Assembly: GCA_029717555.1 (NCBI GenBank)
Contig: JAMDHS010000101.1
Coordinates: 1 to 64,000 of the forward strand
Reading direction: 5' to 3'
Length of the DNA stretch: 64,000 nucleotides
From: Peribolospora baueri
Taxonomy: Eukaryota
Below the pieces are notes generated by a model. It was not told where the DNA came from, did no database searches, and saw nothing but the letters and a program-made list of their open reading frames with translations. Positions 23,597 through 36,420 of this stretch are shown here, piece after piece; position 1 is the stretch's first letter, and every line of letters starts with the position of its first letter. The translations under genes and the position numbers were made by a program.

Positions 23597-25049
23597 ATGA
23601 TGCGTGGAGGTCCGGTCTTCTTTCCTCTCCTTCTAGTCTGCGCTCTTGCCGCGCTCGCGGCATGGCCTCGTACAGCGAGAGCAGGTCCTCTCATACCCTA
23701 TACTGATCTGGGCTTCAAGTATCCTTACATGGTCCATTTGGTGAGTCGCCATCTCCTTCGGCATCGCTTCGCGACCGAGTCGCTGCGAGGCAACTCACTT
23801 GTCCACCGGCGTTGGTCTCCTCTGTCGCCTCACATGCAGCCAGATAACTCGACCTCGACGCCGACGCCAAAACCTCCGTACCCGCTCCATGTATTCCTCC
23901 ACGGCATGGGCTCGGTAGGTTCCCCGGACGAAATGGCCGACAAAGTTCTCTGGAACGGCGTCGGGAGACGTCTCAAGGACTGGAACAGCGGCAACAGGAC
24001 ACCGGCCGCTACTATCGCTGCGACCAGCTGGTTGACCGTCCTGCCTCTTGCCCCGAATGAGACAAGCACACTGTGAGTTTTTGCGCTCCAATCGTTCTGC
24101 ACATGTCTACTCTGACCCGACCTCGAGGAAGGCAGCTGACCAGTTCTGTCTTCCTTTCTGTCTCTTGGACCGTCCTTGTCTTGTCTTCCTTCTAAACGCT
24201 CCTCGCCGCAGGCCACCAGGGGGAGAACTGGACTGGGACATCAGTAGAGTACTGGCTGTCGTGCAGGAGGTGCAGCAGAAGTACCCTATCGACCCTACCC
24301 GCATTACCGTGTCCGGTTATTCAATGGTGAGCAAGCGGCTGGGGAATCGAAAAATGGGACGTCTGTCGGATCCATCTGGTGGGCCAGGATCAAGTTTACT
24401 GACTTGAGCGTGTCGGCTCTTTCGCAGGGCGCGCGTGCGATCTGGGCCCTCATCTCCTCCCATGCGTCTGTCTTCGCGGGTGCGGCCGTCGCTGCCGGTG
24501 AACCGTCCACGACGGAGCTGCCCACGCTCAACATGACCGCGCTGACAAGCAAGCCGCTGAGACACTACGTCGGCACGCGCGACTACGACGGCTCCTCGTC
24601 CGTCGAAGCCGGCAATCGAACCCAAGTCGCCCTTGACGCGTTCGCCCAGAAGAACGAGGGAGCGAGGGACGATTGTATGCTTATTCTTGTTCCCGGGCTA
24701 CCGGGGGTGCCGCATAACAGCATGGCGGACAACCCCTTCGACGAGGATATGATGGGTTGGATCGCGAATCTTACTCTAGGTGTGTGGGCGCTGTCGCTCT
24801 CGGCGGTTTTAGGGGGCGCGAGAAGTTGTTGGTATTCGTGGCGGTCGTAGTCTTGCCGTTCTCTGGCTCCTAACCGCTCTTCTCCTCCCCCCTCTCTTCT
24901 ACTCCTTCCCAGCCTCCTCCCCAAACTACTCGACCAACCACACTACAGAGGAGAAGAACGGCTCGACTCTCCCGTTGACGACGTCACCCTTGCCGTTGTT
25001 CTTGGCAACGGTGGCCTTTTTTTCCGCTTCTTTTCTGTCTCAGCTTTAA
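23597..25049 (+). CDS. Secreted, probably GPI-anchored alpha/beta-hydrolase (esterase/predicted-peptidase type), 5 exons
   Basis: Signal peptide, PLHVFLHGMGSVG oxyanion region, and IDPTRITVSGYSM|GARAIW (GxSxG split by an intron). A late His occurs in PGVPHNSM. The last exon EEKNGSTLPLTTSPLPLFLATVAFFSASFLSQL* is a hydrophobic GPI-like tail; TAA at 25047-25049. Confidence 0.8.
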
Positions 25050-25460
25050 GCGCTCTCTCGCCCGCCAGCCCGCCTGGCTCGCTTGCCCTTCCTCTCTCCC
25101 CGTCGGCGCACTTGCTTCCTTCGTTCTTGTCCGGCGAAGAAACTCCCGGTTTGCTGCTTGCTTTGCGTCTGTTCTGGCACATATTGTATGGATAATCCCG
25201 TGGACAATTCTGATAAATACCCCACATCCTGGCCCGCTACGTTCGATTGGCCATGCAACGGCAGCATTGCACGGCTCCGGACTTAGGGTTAGTCCGCTTT
25301 CCCACGCACCGTCCCTCCGCCGAGCAAGCGATCGGTCGTGGCTGAGGCCGTCGAGTGGAATTGTTGTCATCGCCCACGCCATTCGTCTCGCTTCATTCAG
25401 CACCCAAGTCCAGTCGCAAGCCTTAAGCTCTTCTTCTTCTTCTTCACGCCCGCGCCCCCC

Positions 25461-27662
25461 ATGTCTTCGCCCGTCCCAGATGCGGGCGACGGCCATCTTC
25501 CCCTTCACCACGGCCCTCGTCCAGCCGGCGGACACGTCAACCTCTTCCGACGGCTAGTTTGGGAAGGCTCCATCCCCATCTCTGTCTCGATCGCCAATGA
25601 GGACCTGCCTCCCGGGGCAGATAGGAGCGTAGAAGTGTATCATGTGAGCCCGTGCAATTGCAGTTTCCTTTGAGTGGACGAATCGCTGCAAGGCATGAGG
25701 CGGGGCTCTTTAACGCTGCTCCGGGGCAGGCCTGCCTCGGAAAGCCAGTGCAGCAGAGCCCATCGGTGTTTGACTGCGCGGCACCAGTGGTAGCGTTGAG
25801 CTGGACTGATTTTCTTTGTCTATTACTCTGGTCTTACATGCGTCCTGCACGCCTATAGATGACCGCACCTCGGGTTTCCTACCTCCCTCTCCTTCTGCCT
25901 GCCGTCCGACGCTACCTCGTCGAGCTCGTTCTCGATGAGAGCGCCGCCGCAGCAGTGAATGAGCGGAATATGTGGTTTGAGTACGAGGGTGTACCGCTGC
26001 GATGGTCAGTTTCTCCGTCGTTTGGCCCGGAACGAGCCTTCTCGTATTCGGTTTCCGGTGTTGGAGGTGGGTCCACAACGCTCTGATCATCCCGACTTCC
26101 TCGCATTCTCCTGGCCTGTACGACAGGCATTGGCCGATAGGGCTACTCTACGACTACCACACCGGCAACCCTGCCGACAGCAGCGCCGGACGACCATTTT
26201 CCCGACGACAGCCCTCGGACTCCTCCATCAGTTACTACGGCTCTGTGCTCTCACCTTCCAACAATCGGGCTCCTACCCCCACCTCGTCCCCCCGCCGTTT
26301 CCCGGCTGCTTCTTCCTCAGCAGGCTCGAATCAGGTCCTTCCCTGGCCGCTCCGACTGCATCTCCATTCTCCCCCTCAGGACAAGCTACTTCTACCCTCC
26401 GATGTCGATACGTGCAGGGCGAGCTTCATGAGCGCCATCAAAGAGGCTGATTTTGTGAGATGGGGTAGCACAAGGAGAGTAACGAATTTGAGGAGACAGG
26501 AACAGGATGGCTTATGGGAGGGCGTTGCGGAGCGTGAGTACCTGTGTCTCAACAGGATTGTTGCGGAGGGGAAGGGGGGGAAGGGGGGAACTGAGGACCT
26601 GCGCGCATGCATGCCCATTCAAGCTGACCTTTTGGCCCTTGCGTATTCAGATGACTTTGAGAAGTTCTGGTCCGTAGCCTCCAAAGTCGTCCCTCATCCC
26701 CCAGCCTCCCCTGCCCCGTCCAATGCCTCCTCCTACTCTCTCTCCTCGCAAGCACCTTCAGCGTACTCCACCATCTCTTCCTCGTCTCAACTCAACGGGT
26801 CCGCCTCTGCGGCTTCGACGCTCAAGGCTAATCAGGTTGGCGCCGCTGCTGCCGCGTTGGCTGCAGGAGAAAGCTTGGATGGCAGCGCGGCAGGAGGGAC
26901 GTCGGGTCAGCAGGGGGAGAAGGCTCTCCCGAACACGGTGAGGAGCGTGCCGATGCGATTCCATTTGCCCGATGGGGCACCCGTCGTGCAGGAACCTGTT
27001 AGTCCTGTGCTTCAGGATGGTGAGTGGTCACTCTTGCTGTTTCTCATCGATCATCTCGCTCGTCGGCGAGTTCCAGTCCGGTTCCGGATGGCGAGGCTAG
27101 CAAGAAGAACGAGGCCAGGCAGCTGTTCATTTATGTCAAAAGCGAGCGCGTTCACACCTTGTGCGCCACTTTCGCTTTGTCACATTCTTTTGTGTTCCGT
27201 CCGTCCAACAAACCGAACAGGCCGTCCCCAAACTCTCGGCACGGTCCTCTCCACCTTTTTTCCCTTGCTCTTTCCTTCCTCGTCCTCCGCCTCCGGCATC
27301 GACTCAAACTCATCCACCTTTGGTCGTCGACAACCACCGCCATCCAACTTGGTCTCCGGATCTGGGGCAGGGGGCTTGGCTTATCCTATCATTCAGGGAG
27401 CTATTGTCCCGCTCGAGGCGGAGGTAGGGTGGCTTGGATCGGCTATGGTTGGGGCGGATGGATGGTGAGTTGAAGAGGGCGTTCCTAAGACGATTTCGTC
27501 GGAGTGGTCTGGAAGCAAGCTGATGGAGTGGAATGGATGCGTCGCTCACGTCTGCTTCTTTTTCGACCTGTTTTTATTCGTCCATTTCCCGTTTGGTCAC
27601 TTTGCATCGGTTTGTCGCTCAGGTTGGGCGTTGTCATCGGTCTCGTACCGGACGCTCGATGA
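25461..27662 (+). CDS. ATG5: Autophagy protein Atg5, multi-exon
   Basis: FRRLVWEGSIPI, APRVSYLPLLL, WFEYEGVPLRW|HWPIGLLYD, FMSAIKEADFVRWGST, LWEGV..DDFEKFW, RSVPMRFHL, and IIQGAIVPLEAEVGWL..ADGW|LGVVI. Stop TGA at 27660-27662. Confidence 0.95.
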
Positions 27663-28308
27663 TTATCGTTTCGTTTATTGAGCGCTTCCTCTCAAGCTAT
27701 TCGCTATCGTCATCTCTATTACAAAGAGATCGTTCAACCTTTTTCTCTCTTGTTGCATAACCTTTTCCTCGTTCTTCGGATGCCCCTCGCTTCCTCTCGC
27801 ATTTGGCCGAAACCCTTCCTCGTGCGGACGACTTTCTTTCTTCCCCACCCACCCCGCGGTCTTCGACTTCATTCCTCTTGTCAAGGTATACCCAACTGTC
27901 AATCTCTTCGCTTTCCCGCCTTCACCTATATCTCTTCGCCCACCGCGTTACGACAACGCGCCACTCGCCGCGCCGTCGTCTCAACTCGGACGGGTCTGTT
28001 GGACACAACCCCGTCTCTGTCCGTTCGCTACCCACCCTGCGGCTTTAGCATATCGTATTTCGTGCATAATGTCAACCTTTGATCGTAAGGGCTAGCTTTG
28101 TCTCCATCGACAGTGTTGGAACGTTGCGGATAAAATGATGTCTCCTTCGCGAAGGCGTGAAAGTGTCACTGCATCCCCCATTCCATATTGGAGAGCGAGC
28201 GCAGGTACGGCCAAGGAAACGAGCTCTGCTCCATTTTCCGACTCGTGACGTCCATTTCCGCCTTCCAGCTCTGGTGCCACTGTAGCGACTGGCTCGCTCC
28301 CACGGAGA

Positions 28309-29578
28309 TCACTCGCCTCTCCACACTTCTACGCTCCAGAGCAAGCCCACTTGCTTGTCACTCCAGTTCAGGGCCGCGTCCTCGCCGGTGTGCCCCCTCT
28401 CCGAGTTGGGCATGCCAGCTCGCACATTGACTCTCAGCTTGGTTCCGTCCGGAGGGCCGACCTTGCCATCCTCCTTCGGGCCGAACACGGCACCCTCCCA
28501 AAGCCTCGTCCATGAATCAGGAGAGTGTCCGTACAGGCGCCGGCCAAGTCTGTCATCCATCATACCGGCCTCAGTCCTCCCACGGTGCCTGCCGAAGATC
28601 AAGGCAGGCTTGGTAGGGTCGGTGGAGATGGAGAGCAAGGAGGCTAGACGGCGGGCGAGGTTGAGCTGGGAGGCCTCGTCGAAGAGGTGGAACAGGCTGC
28701 CAGCGTACACGCAGGTCGCCTTTCCGTGCAGGCTCGAGATGTCCTTGGGAGGTGAGGTGGGCGAAGGAGGTGGGAGGCCACTCGAAGGGGAAGGGGGGCA
28801 CCGGTGCGGGTCACAGAAAGAGTCGAGGAAGACGTCGCCCACAATGAAGGTGATCGGACACGTCTGGGGCGAGTCGCGGAACAGTGCGTAGCCACCGTCG
28901 ATGAGACCTGGTCGCCAGTGCCAAAAAGGAAGAAAAAAATGGACATCGTTGCCATCAGCGGCATGTCCTATGGGTTTACGATAGCGGCGGTGATAACTAT
29001 TCCCACTCTGCCTGATGTCGAGGGCGAAAACCCTCTGGCCGTCCCACCCATCCATGATGAGCTTCCTCGGCTCCCCACCGAAGCAAGTGCCAACGTCCAC
29101 AAACACGTGGTCAACCCTGAACCTCTCCGAGGCCACATCGGCTTGGGCTACCGCCAGAGGATAGGCAGGGTGCGTGCTCATCCGCAAGTCTGTGTGGGAG
29201 AAGGTGTCTGTCGCGTGGCATGGTATGGAGGCGAGAAGGGAAAGAGGATGGGCGATCAGCATTGAGCCGTCTAGTCACGCTATCTTTGGGTACAGTCTGA
29301 AAAAGCAATCGCTGACATGGAAGGAAAAGGTGAGCCTGTCTGGATACTATTTAACTGCTCTCACAGATGCAACGATAAGGGTAGTCGTCCTCATAAGCCC
29401 TTCGGCTGACCTCAACGATGTGCCTCCTCAGCTCGTCCTCATCATCAATGCGTGTCGCCTTCTTGAAAAAGGTCAGTGCTGAAGGGTTCAATTTATTGTC
29501 ATCGCCAATGCCCAAGTGGTACTTGGCTGGGTCGAACGAGGGCGGTGAAAGCGGGGGCCGGGAGAGTTCTGTAGTCAT
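28309..29578 (-). CDS. SAM-dependent methyltransferase, AusD/Trt5-like fungal family, 3 exons
   Basis: LRRHIVEVSRRAYEDDYPYRCI, HPAYP..FVDVGTCFGGEPRKLIMDG, GYALFRD..FIVGDVF, VYAGSLFHLFDEASQL..LIFGRH, and HSPDSWTRLW. Confidence 0.85.
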
Positions 29579-30277
29579 GGCGGAGGTAAGAGGCGGGAGG
29601 GTGATGAAAGTACGTGCGGGGTGAGAGGTTCGTGGCGAGGACTCGAGAAGAGCAGAATGGTGGTCCAAGGAGGCGATGGAGACGGAGCGAGATATCCGTG
29701 CGTACGTTCTCCGGAAGACCCTTTATCAACATGACCTGTTCATCACGATGCCCGTCCAGGACGGAGTATCGACCTTTGAGAAAACGTGTTATGTTGATTT
29801 CATCGGCACGATCCCGCCAACTTCGGCCGATTAGAGCCGATGCTCGGCAGACAACGGCGGGGACAGATAAGATCAAGCGTGACGTGCACGACGATCAGTC
29901 GTTCCACGGAGTACTCGTACAAGGACAAGGCGGATCATTCATTAATATTCTTGAAAGACATGAAATTTTCAAACAGTGGGTGGACATAAACGGCCGGCCA
30001 GGAGCCCGAGACAGAATCTGACACACTTACTTCAGTTGATAGTGATGACCGTTCTCCATTGTTTGCTCTCGATGGTCACGTGTTGTAACGACCTCACCAG
30101 GACCCGCCTAACTCCGTCGGCTCGGCGCGACCGGGGCCGCGTAGAGAATGGCGATGTCGGTTTGTTCCCGTATCGGAGCCCACTCGGCACGATCTTGTAT
30201 TCCTTCCCCCTCGACGACGTTTGTTTGGGCTCGACTTGAGCGTTTCATCCCAGCGCAACGCAACATAACCGGTCGAA

Positions 30278-32540
30278 ATGCTCGACTTTTTTGGCAGAGC
30301 TTCCTCCGTGAAGCAGCTCAGCGGCTCGCAGCCGGGACCGTCTGCTGGCGCCGGCGAGGGCGGACAAAGGCCTCGGGGGCCACCCGGAATCGTGGTCACG
30401 ACTCGCAAGGTGGTGACCAAGGTGAAGAAGGCCACTACCGGGCCCGCTGGCCCGACTTACATCAACGCCTTGCCCCCGGAAAAGCGACGGAAGCTTTTGG
30501 AGGAGGAGGAGGAGAGGAAGAAGAGGATGGTCGAGGCGGAGAGGGAAAAGGTGTTGGAGATGGAGCGCCAGGCGGAGACGAGAAAGACTAAGACCAAGAC
30601 AGGGAACGACTCTCCGTCTTCCTCCAAGTCTAGGAAACGGGAACACGTCCGCTCTGACGGCGCGTCTACCTCCTCCGACGCTGATGACGACTCTGCCAGC
30701 CGCTCGAAACGCTATGGCGCTCGACGTAGGATGGACAAGAGCAGTAGGAGCACAAGCGTAGACGCATACGCACGGTTCGACGTGGAGGATACGGTGCATG
30801 GACAAGACTTTGTGGTGGAAAGAGACGTGTTGGCAAAGGAGGACGGCAAAGTGGAGGCGGTCAGCTCGGAGCAAATCGTCAGGGATAATCTCAAAGTGTA
30901 CCGGCCCTGTGAGTGAACTTTCACATCGCCAGGTCCTATACTCTCGCTGGAACAAAGGATCACCGTCACACTCACGCCTTGGGAACATTATGGCAGATTT
31001 CAAAGGCCTGGATGACCCAGTTCCAACAGTCACGTTGGAGTACCCTGGCGAAGGAGCAACCGAGAGGTGTGGTGCCGGATTGCTCCGCGTCATCGATTCC
31101 AGCACATCTTCCCTACGGTCGTTCATGTGTCCTATTTTTTCTCCTCGATTCCTTTATCCAGCTTTGCCCTCTTGGCGCCGAAGGACCGCAACGAGTACGA
31201 TCCTGTCTCCGAGCTCCTCCGCGCCATCTCCGTCATTCATGCGCACTACCTCACACCCGAGCAGCAGGCCATGTTCGGAAACGCAGATAGCCTCGATCTG
31301 TCCACCGGCACTGCTGCCACCCTTGCAGCAACCATTTCCGACGTCAACGGGTCCAGTCGAGCGGGTAGTGCCCCTCTGCCGTCCGCCGCTGCCACGCCTC
31401 TTACTACATGGTCTCGCGACGCCACACCCACCGCCGAGGGCGAGCGCTCCAACGCGATGAGCCCGACTCGTTTGGCACCCGTCGACGCGTCTCCGTCTCG
31501 CGCAACTCCAGCCTCCGGTCCCGAGGCAGACTCGATTCTCCGCTCTCTGCAAAAAGCAAAGAATCGACGTGACGGTCCGCTCTTTGTCCGGAGCGTCGCA
31601 CGCTTCAACGAGGCTTTTCGGGCTCTCAAAGATGCGGGGGATATCAGGGAGAACGTGAGGAAGATGAAGGGCGTCAGGGAAGAGGTTTGGAAACTCGTCC
31701 ATGACCAGAGTTATTCGAGAATCGTGGGGCCTAAGGTGGAGGGTTTGAGGGAATACGAGGCATTCAGCGACAATGTGTAAGTGCCCAGCCGAACTTGAGG
31801 TGTTAACTCGGCCAGTACAGCCAGTTTGACTTATGCCTACGTCTTCCTTGCTGTTCTACACTTCTAGGTACGGCGAACTTCTCCCCCCGTTCATGTCCAC
31901 CATCGCCAGGCTCGCATCCCTTTCGCCCTCTTCCGTTTTCGTCGACCTCGGTAGCGGTGTTTCCTCGTTACTTCTCCAAGCTGCGCTTCAAACCGGCTGC
32001 AGCGCGTACGGCGTCGAATCCATGGCCGCTCCGTCCGCTTTGGCCGACCTCCAGATCGCCGAAGCGCGACCGCGCTGGCGCATGTGGGCGCTCAATGGGG
32101 GCGAAGTGTCGAGCTGGCGCGGGGACTTTTTGAACGACGACCGAGTTCGGCGCAAGCTCGCACAGGCGGATGTCGTACTCGTCAACAACTACGCTTTCAC
32201 GCCTCGAACGAATGACGCTCTTTGCCTGTCCTTCCTCGACCTCAAGGAAGGCGCGCGGGTGATCAGCCTCAAGCCGTTCGTGCCTCCGGACTTTAGGCTC
32301 ACCGAGCGCACCCTGTCTTCTCCGCTTGCCATTCTGCGCGTCGAGGAGAGGAGGTACGGAAGCGGAAGCGTGAGCTGGACGGACGGCGGAGGAAAGTATT
32401 ACATCCAGACCGTCGATCGGAGCATGATTGCCGCGTACATGGAGAAGAATGGTAACGGTAAAGCTGCCGACGGAGGTGGAAAAGCCAGCAGGAAGAGGAA
32501 CAGACGAGCGATCGTGGACAGCGATGAGGAGGAGGGCTGA
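30278..32540 (+). CDS. DOT1: Histone H3 K79 methyltransferase Dot1, multi-exon
   Basis: VTLEYPGEGATER|FALLAPKDRNEYDPVSEL, HDQSYSRIVGPKVEGLREYEAFSDNV|YGELLP, VFVDLGSGV, GVESM, GDFL..ADVVLVNNYAF, LKEGARVISLKPF and SVSWTDGGGKYY. Confidence 0.95.
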
Positions 32541-32920
32541 GGTCCGGTGCTTCGTCGTTCGCTGGCCGTGGCGAGCATACCCGGCCGCTCGTAGAGCCCA
32601 GTCACGGGCTTGGACTTTTCATAACGTGTTCTCACATCGCTTGTACTAATTGGCCTTAGTCGTCCTTGCACTTGTTCACCTCGTCTGCCGTTCCCCGGCG
32701 GGCAGAGCAGGGCTCGCGTGTCGCATACATTCGACCTCCGGACGGATACACAATGTCGAGAGACGAAGACGAAAACGAGTGACCCTTCTCGTGAACGAGT
32801 GAAGGAGGACATGGACAAGGCAAAGAAAGGAATAGACCGGACGACATCTGCCAGTCCCGAGCTGATCCTGACGCCAAATAGCCGGCAACCCTCCCCCCAA
32901 ATCCTGGCTTGCGTGACATA

Positions 32921-35900
32921 TCAAACGCCGACCCTCCTCACCTCCCTCACCACGAAGCTCCTTCTGTTTCCTAGTTCGACAGGCGATGAGATGCCTGGAT
33001 CGCCCGCCGTCCATCCTGTCGAGCCCCTATTGTTCTTGTTACCCTCACCGTCTCCGTCGACATCGCTCCCCGCCTCGTCGGCAACCGCAGCAGCTGCAGC
33101 TCCGGGAATGAAACCGCCGCGCCGGTGGGCCTTGTCCTTGACGAGGTTCCGCGCGTTGGAGAAAATGGAGCGCGCTGCGCCTATGCTCTGCGCGATGGAC
33201 GGCGACGGTGTGAGCGGAGTTGAGGGAGAGATGGAGGCGGAAGGCGAGGCGATGTTCCACGGAGGAGAGGACAAGCCGGGCGGACTGAGATTGTCGTCGT
33301 CGTCGTCGTCGTCGTCGCTGCGGCGGCCTCCTTCGTCCTGCTCCCGCTTCCGCGCTCGGACCACCCGCAGCGGTCGGACCGAGGCGGGCGCGGGGGAGGT
33401 GCTCTCTGCCACTGTCGAGCTCGCCGAGCCGGTCGGGAGCGTCGGGGGAGGCGAGTCAGCGATGGTAAAGACGAATCCATCGGGAGCGCGCTTCGTAACG
33501 ACGTCGCCCGAGATGGGACGGTGGGGTAGGTCCTTGGACATTCTGCTTTGTTGAGGGTCACGTCGCACGGCGCTCGGAGGAGTATGGGGGGCCGGAGGCG
33601 AAGGCAGAGGTGGAGGTGTCGCCATCACCTTCGCCGTCGCCGTCGCCGGTGCTTTTACCGGTACTGTCCTGGCAGCGGCACTGTCTATGCTATCGGAGGA
33701 GCTCTGCCCGCTGAGCATGCGATCGGTCGGCGAGTCGGGAAAGGCCGGTCCTCGGAGCGACGAAGCCGAGTTCTGGCTCGTCAGTGTCGAAAGACTCGGC
33801 CTACTGTCCGCGTCCCTGACCAATGCCGTGCTGAGCGGGCTGTTCATCGACGCCAAAAGCGACTCGGACAAGGACGGCGATCGCCACCGTTTGTCCCCTC
33901 CAGACTGCAGTGGTGCAACTGCAACTGGCGTCATCGCCTCGTCCCCTTCTGAAATCACGTCGGGGAACGCCACGGCGACCGACGTGGCGTGCGTCACCGT
34001 GCCGGATCCGACAGTGGAGGGGTACTTGGAGGGGAGAGTGTAGTCGCTCACAACGCTCGCTTCCCTCCCTCCGCTCCTGCTCCCGCCCCGACCGGACGCA
34101 CGCCGAGCCCGACCGTGGCCGACATCTTGGAAAGGCAGGATGAATTGCGAGTAGCGCAGGTACCCGTCCGACGAGGTGACGGATTCGGAAGGCATCCGTG
34201 CGGCGGAGCTTGAGATCGAGATCGGGATGGGGACCGCCGCCGTCGTCTGTGGGCTTTGGCCACTTCGCGGATGCGTCTGAGGGGGCCGTCGAACGACGGA
34301 GCCGAAGATGTCCGGTGAGCTCTGTGCGTCCTCCGTCACCATCGCCCTCGCCGCTGCTGTCGCTGCCTCCGCGCCTTCGTCGGCCTCATCCAAGGTATAA
34401 GGTCGTGCGACGCACAACGAGGAGGCGCGCAGGGCGGCAGACCCGAGGACGGGCCCTCCAGCGTCGGACCGCGACCGCGCTTCTTCGACGGATCGCGCGG
34501 ATGGGATGACGACGACCTGCTCCAGCTCTGGCAACCTCGACTCGTCGTCCCCGCGCCGTTCTGCGCCGAGCGGTACATCCGAAAGGCCGTTGACGGACTC
34601 AAAGTTGACCTCTTCCGTGTCCCTATTCTTGCTCGGTACGGTCGGCCTCCAGGAAAGCAGGGTTGTGCGGACGCGCGCAGCGCGCTCCCGAAGCGTCCTC
34701 TTCTTCTCGCCCCGTGCCCCAACATCGTCTTCCTTCTCCAGCCGGTCCATGGGATTGGAGACGGAGGTGAACTGGTTGAATGCGCCTGCACAGCCGAGAA
34801 CAAACATGCACGGTGCGATGCATGGGAAGATAGATAGGCGGCCAGATCAGCGCCGTCCCGTGTGCGCAGCGTCATAGACGATGGCGACGCCTCTTTTTAT
34901 TTCTATTTATATTGTCTTTCGCCCTCCGACCTCCAGAAAAGGCTCTTACGCTCACGCTCACCTAGCACGAGCAGCAGCGCTGGGCCTCTCGGCACCACAA
35001 AGGTGATGACCGACTCGCCGCGCGTCGCCAGCAGGTCGGTGATCAAGGTGACGACGAAGAGGACGATCGTCGACCCAATCCGAGCCGTCCGCCAGTCCCT
35101 CATGACTCTCAACCTGGATCTGAACTTGAGAAAGGCGGGGGCGAGGTGGGAGTGAAGGCGTATGAGGAGGTAGAGGGATAGGGCGAGGGCGAAGGAGGCG
35201 GCGAGGACGGGTCCCAGGAGGGAAAAGCGCGTCGAGCAGACCTGTGGGGTGGGAGCAGGAGGCTTAGTCTGGAGCGGGAACGGTAGGAGGACGCTGATGT
35301 TCGTGATGGCCAGGAGAAAGATAGAGGCTGAGAGAGAGCGAAACGGGAAAAAAAAAAGAATAAAAAAACGCCGAGTGAAGGACGGGAGTGAGAACGTGGA
35401 CGATGTTTTAAAGGGCGTGAGCGATGTGGCGATGAACGCTCACCGACGAGACCGGTCTCCAAAAGGCCGTACAAGACATAGTCCCACACGGCGACGCCGA
35501 GCTCGCGTATCTCGACAAAGGACCTTGCGGTAGCGAGCACAAAGACGACTCCGTAAGCAATGTTGGACCAGGCGGAGAGGAAGGCTAGAGGAGGAAATAG
35601 AAGAACGAGATGAAAGATCAGCTCGCGGACGGACAGAAGGACGGATGGATCGATGGCGAAGCGCGCGGGATCGACGACGACGGAGCGCTGGCTTACAACA
35701 GGCGGCGGGGCTCGAAGGGTTAAAGGTCAAATTTTTGCCAAACTCGGCGAGGGCGAAGAGGAGGACAAAAGCGTCAAGGACGAGGACGAGGTTGTAAGGG
35801 TCTATCGGGGGTCCGTCCGGCGTAGGGTGGGAGGAGGCGAATCGCATCGGCGTGGGCACGGCCGAGGCGACCGTGGCCGTGGCCGTGGCTGTAGAGATCG

Positions 35901-36420
35901 AGATGGAGCGAGCGTGGTGGTCTGCCATCGTCCGCGCCGACGACGAGCCTTCGTCTCCGCGAGTGGAAAGCCGACGTGCATGCGACGCGACTCCATCGCC
36001 CGAGTCGCATATGTGACGACGGTCTGCGTTCGAGCTACTGCTTCTTTGGCTGCTGCGCCGTGTCGGTCGAGAGGAAGCGCCTTCCACCGAGCCGGCCGAC
36101 GCGGTGCGACCGTGACCGCTGGCGCTGCCATCGGGACTCGCCGCTTTACGACGACGCTTTCGCGCCCTCTGAGCTATCCAGCGGCGCTTGATATCGATCC
36201 GAAACAGGGCGACAAGCCTGACGAGCGCGGCGTGAGCGACGACGCCGAGGACAAATGTGGCGACTGCGGGAGCGTCCGGGTGGACGGCGAGAGAGGCGGG
36301 GGAGGCGATGAGGATGTCGGAGGAGAGGGCGGCGACGACGAGCTGGTGCGGGTCAGAAGAAGGCGCTTGCGCGACGGCGCCGGCCGTGAAACTCGCCGTC
36401 GGCCAACCGAGAGTGGCCAT
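32921..36420 (-). CDS. Orphan seven-transmembrane (GPCR-like) protein with a long disordered C-terminal tail, 4 exons
   Basis: Manual splicing at GT-AG sites (introns at about 35696-35585, 35443-35328 and 34963-34786) gives seven hydrophobic segments, followed by a ~620-aa S/P-rich tail (ORF 32921..34807). Confidence 0.65.
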
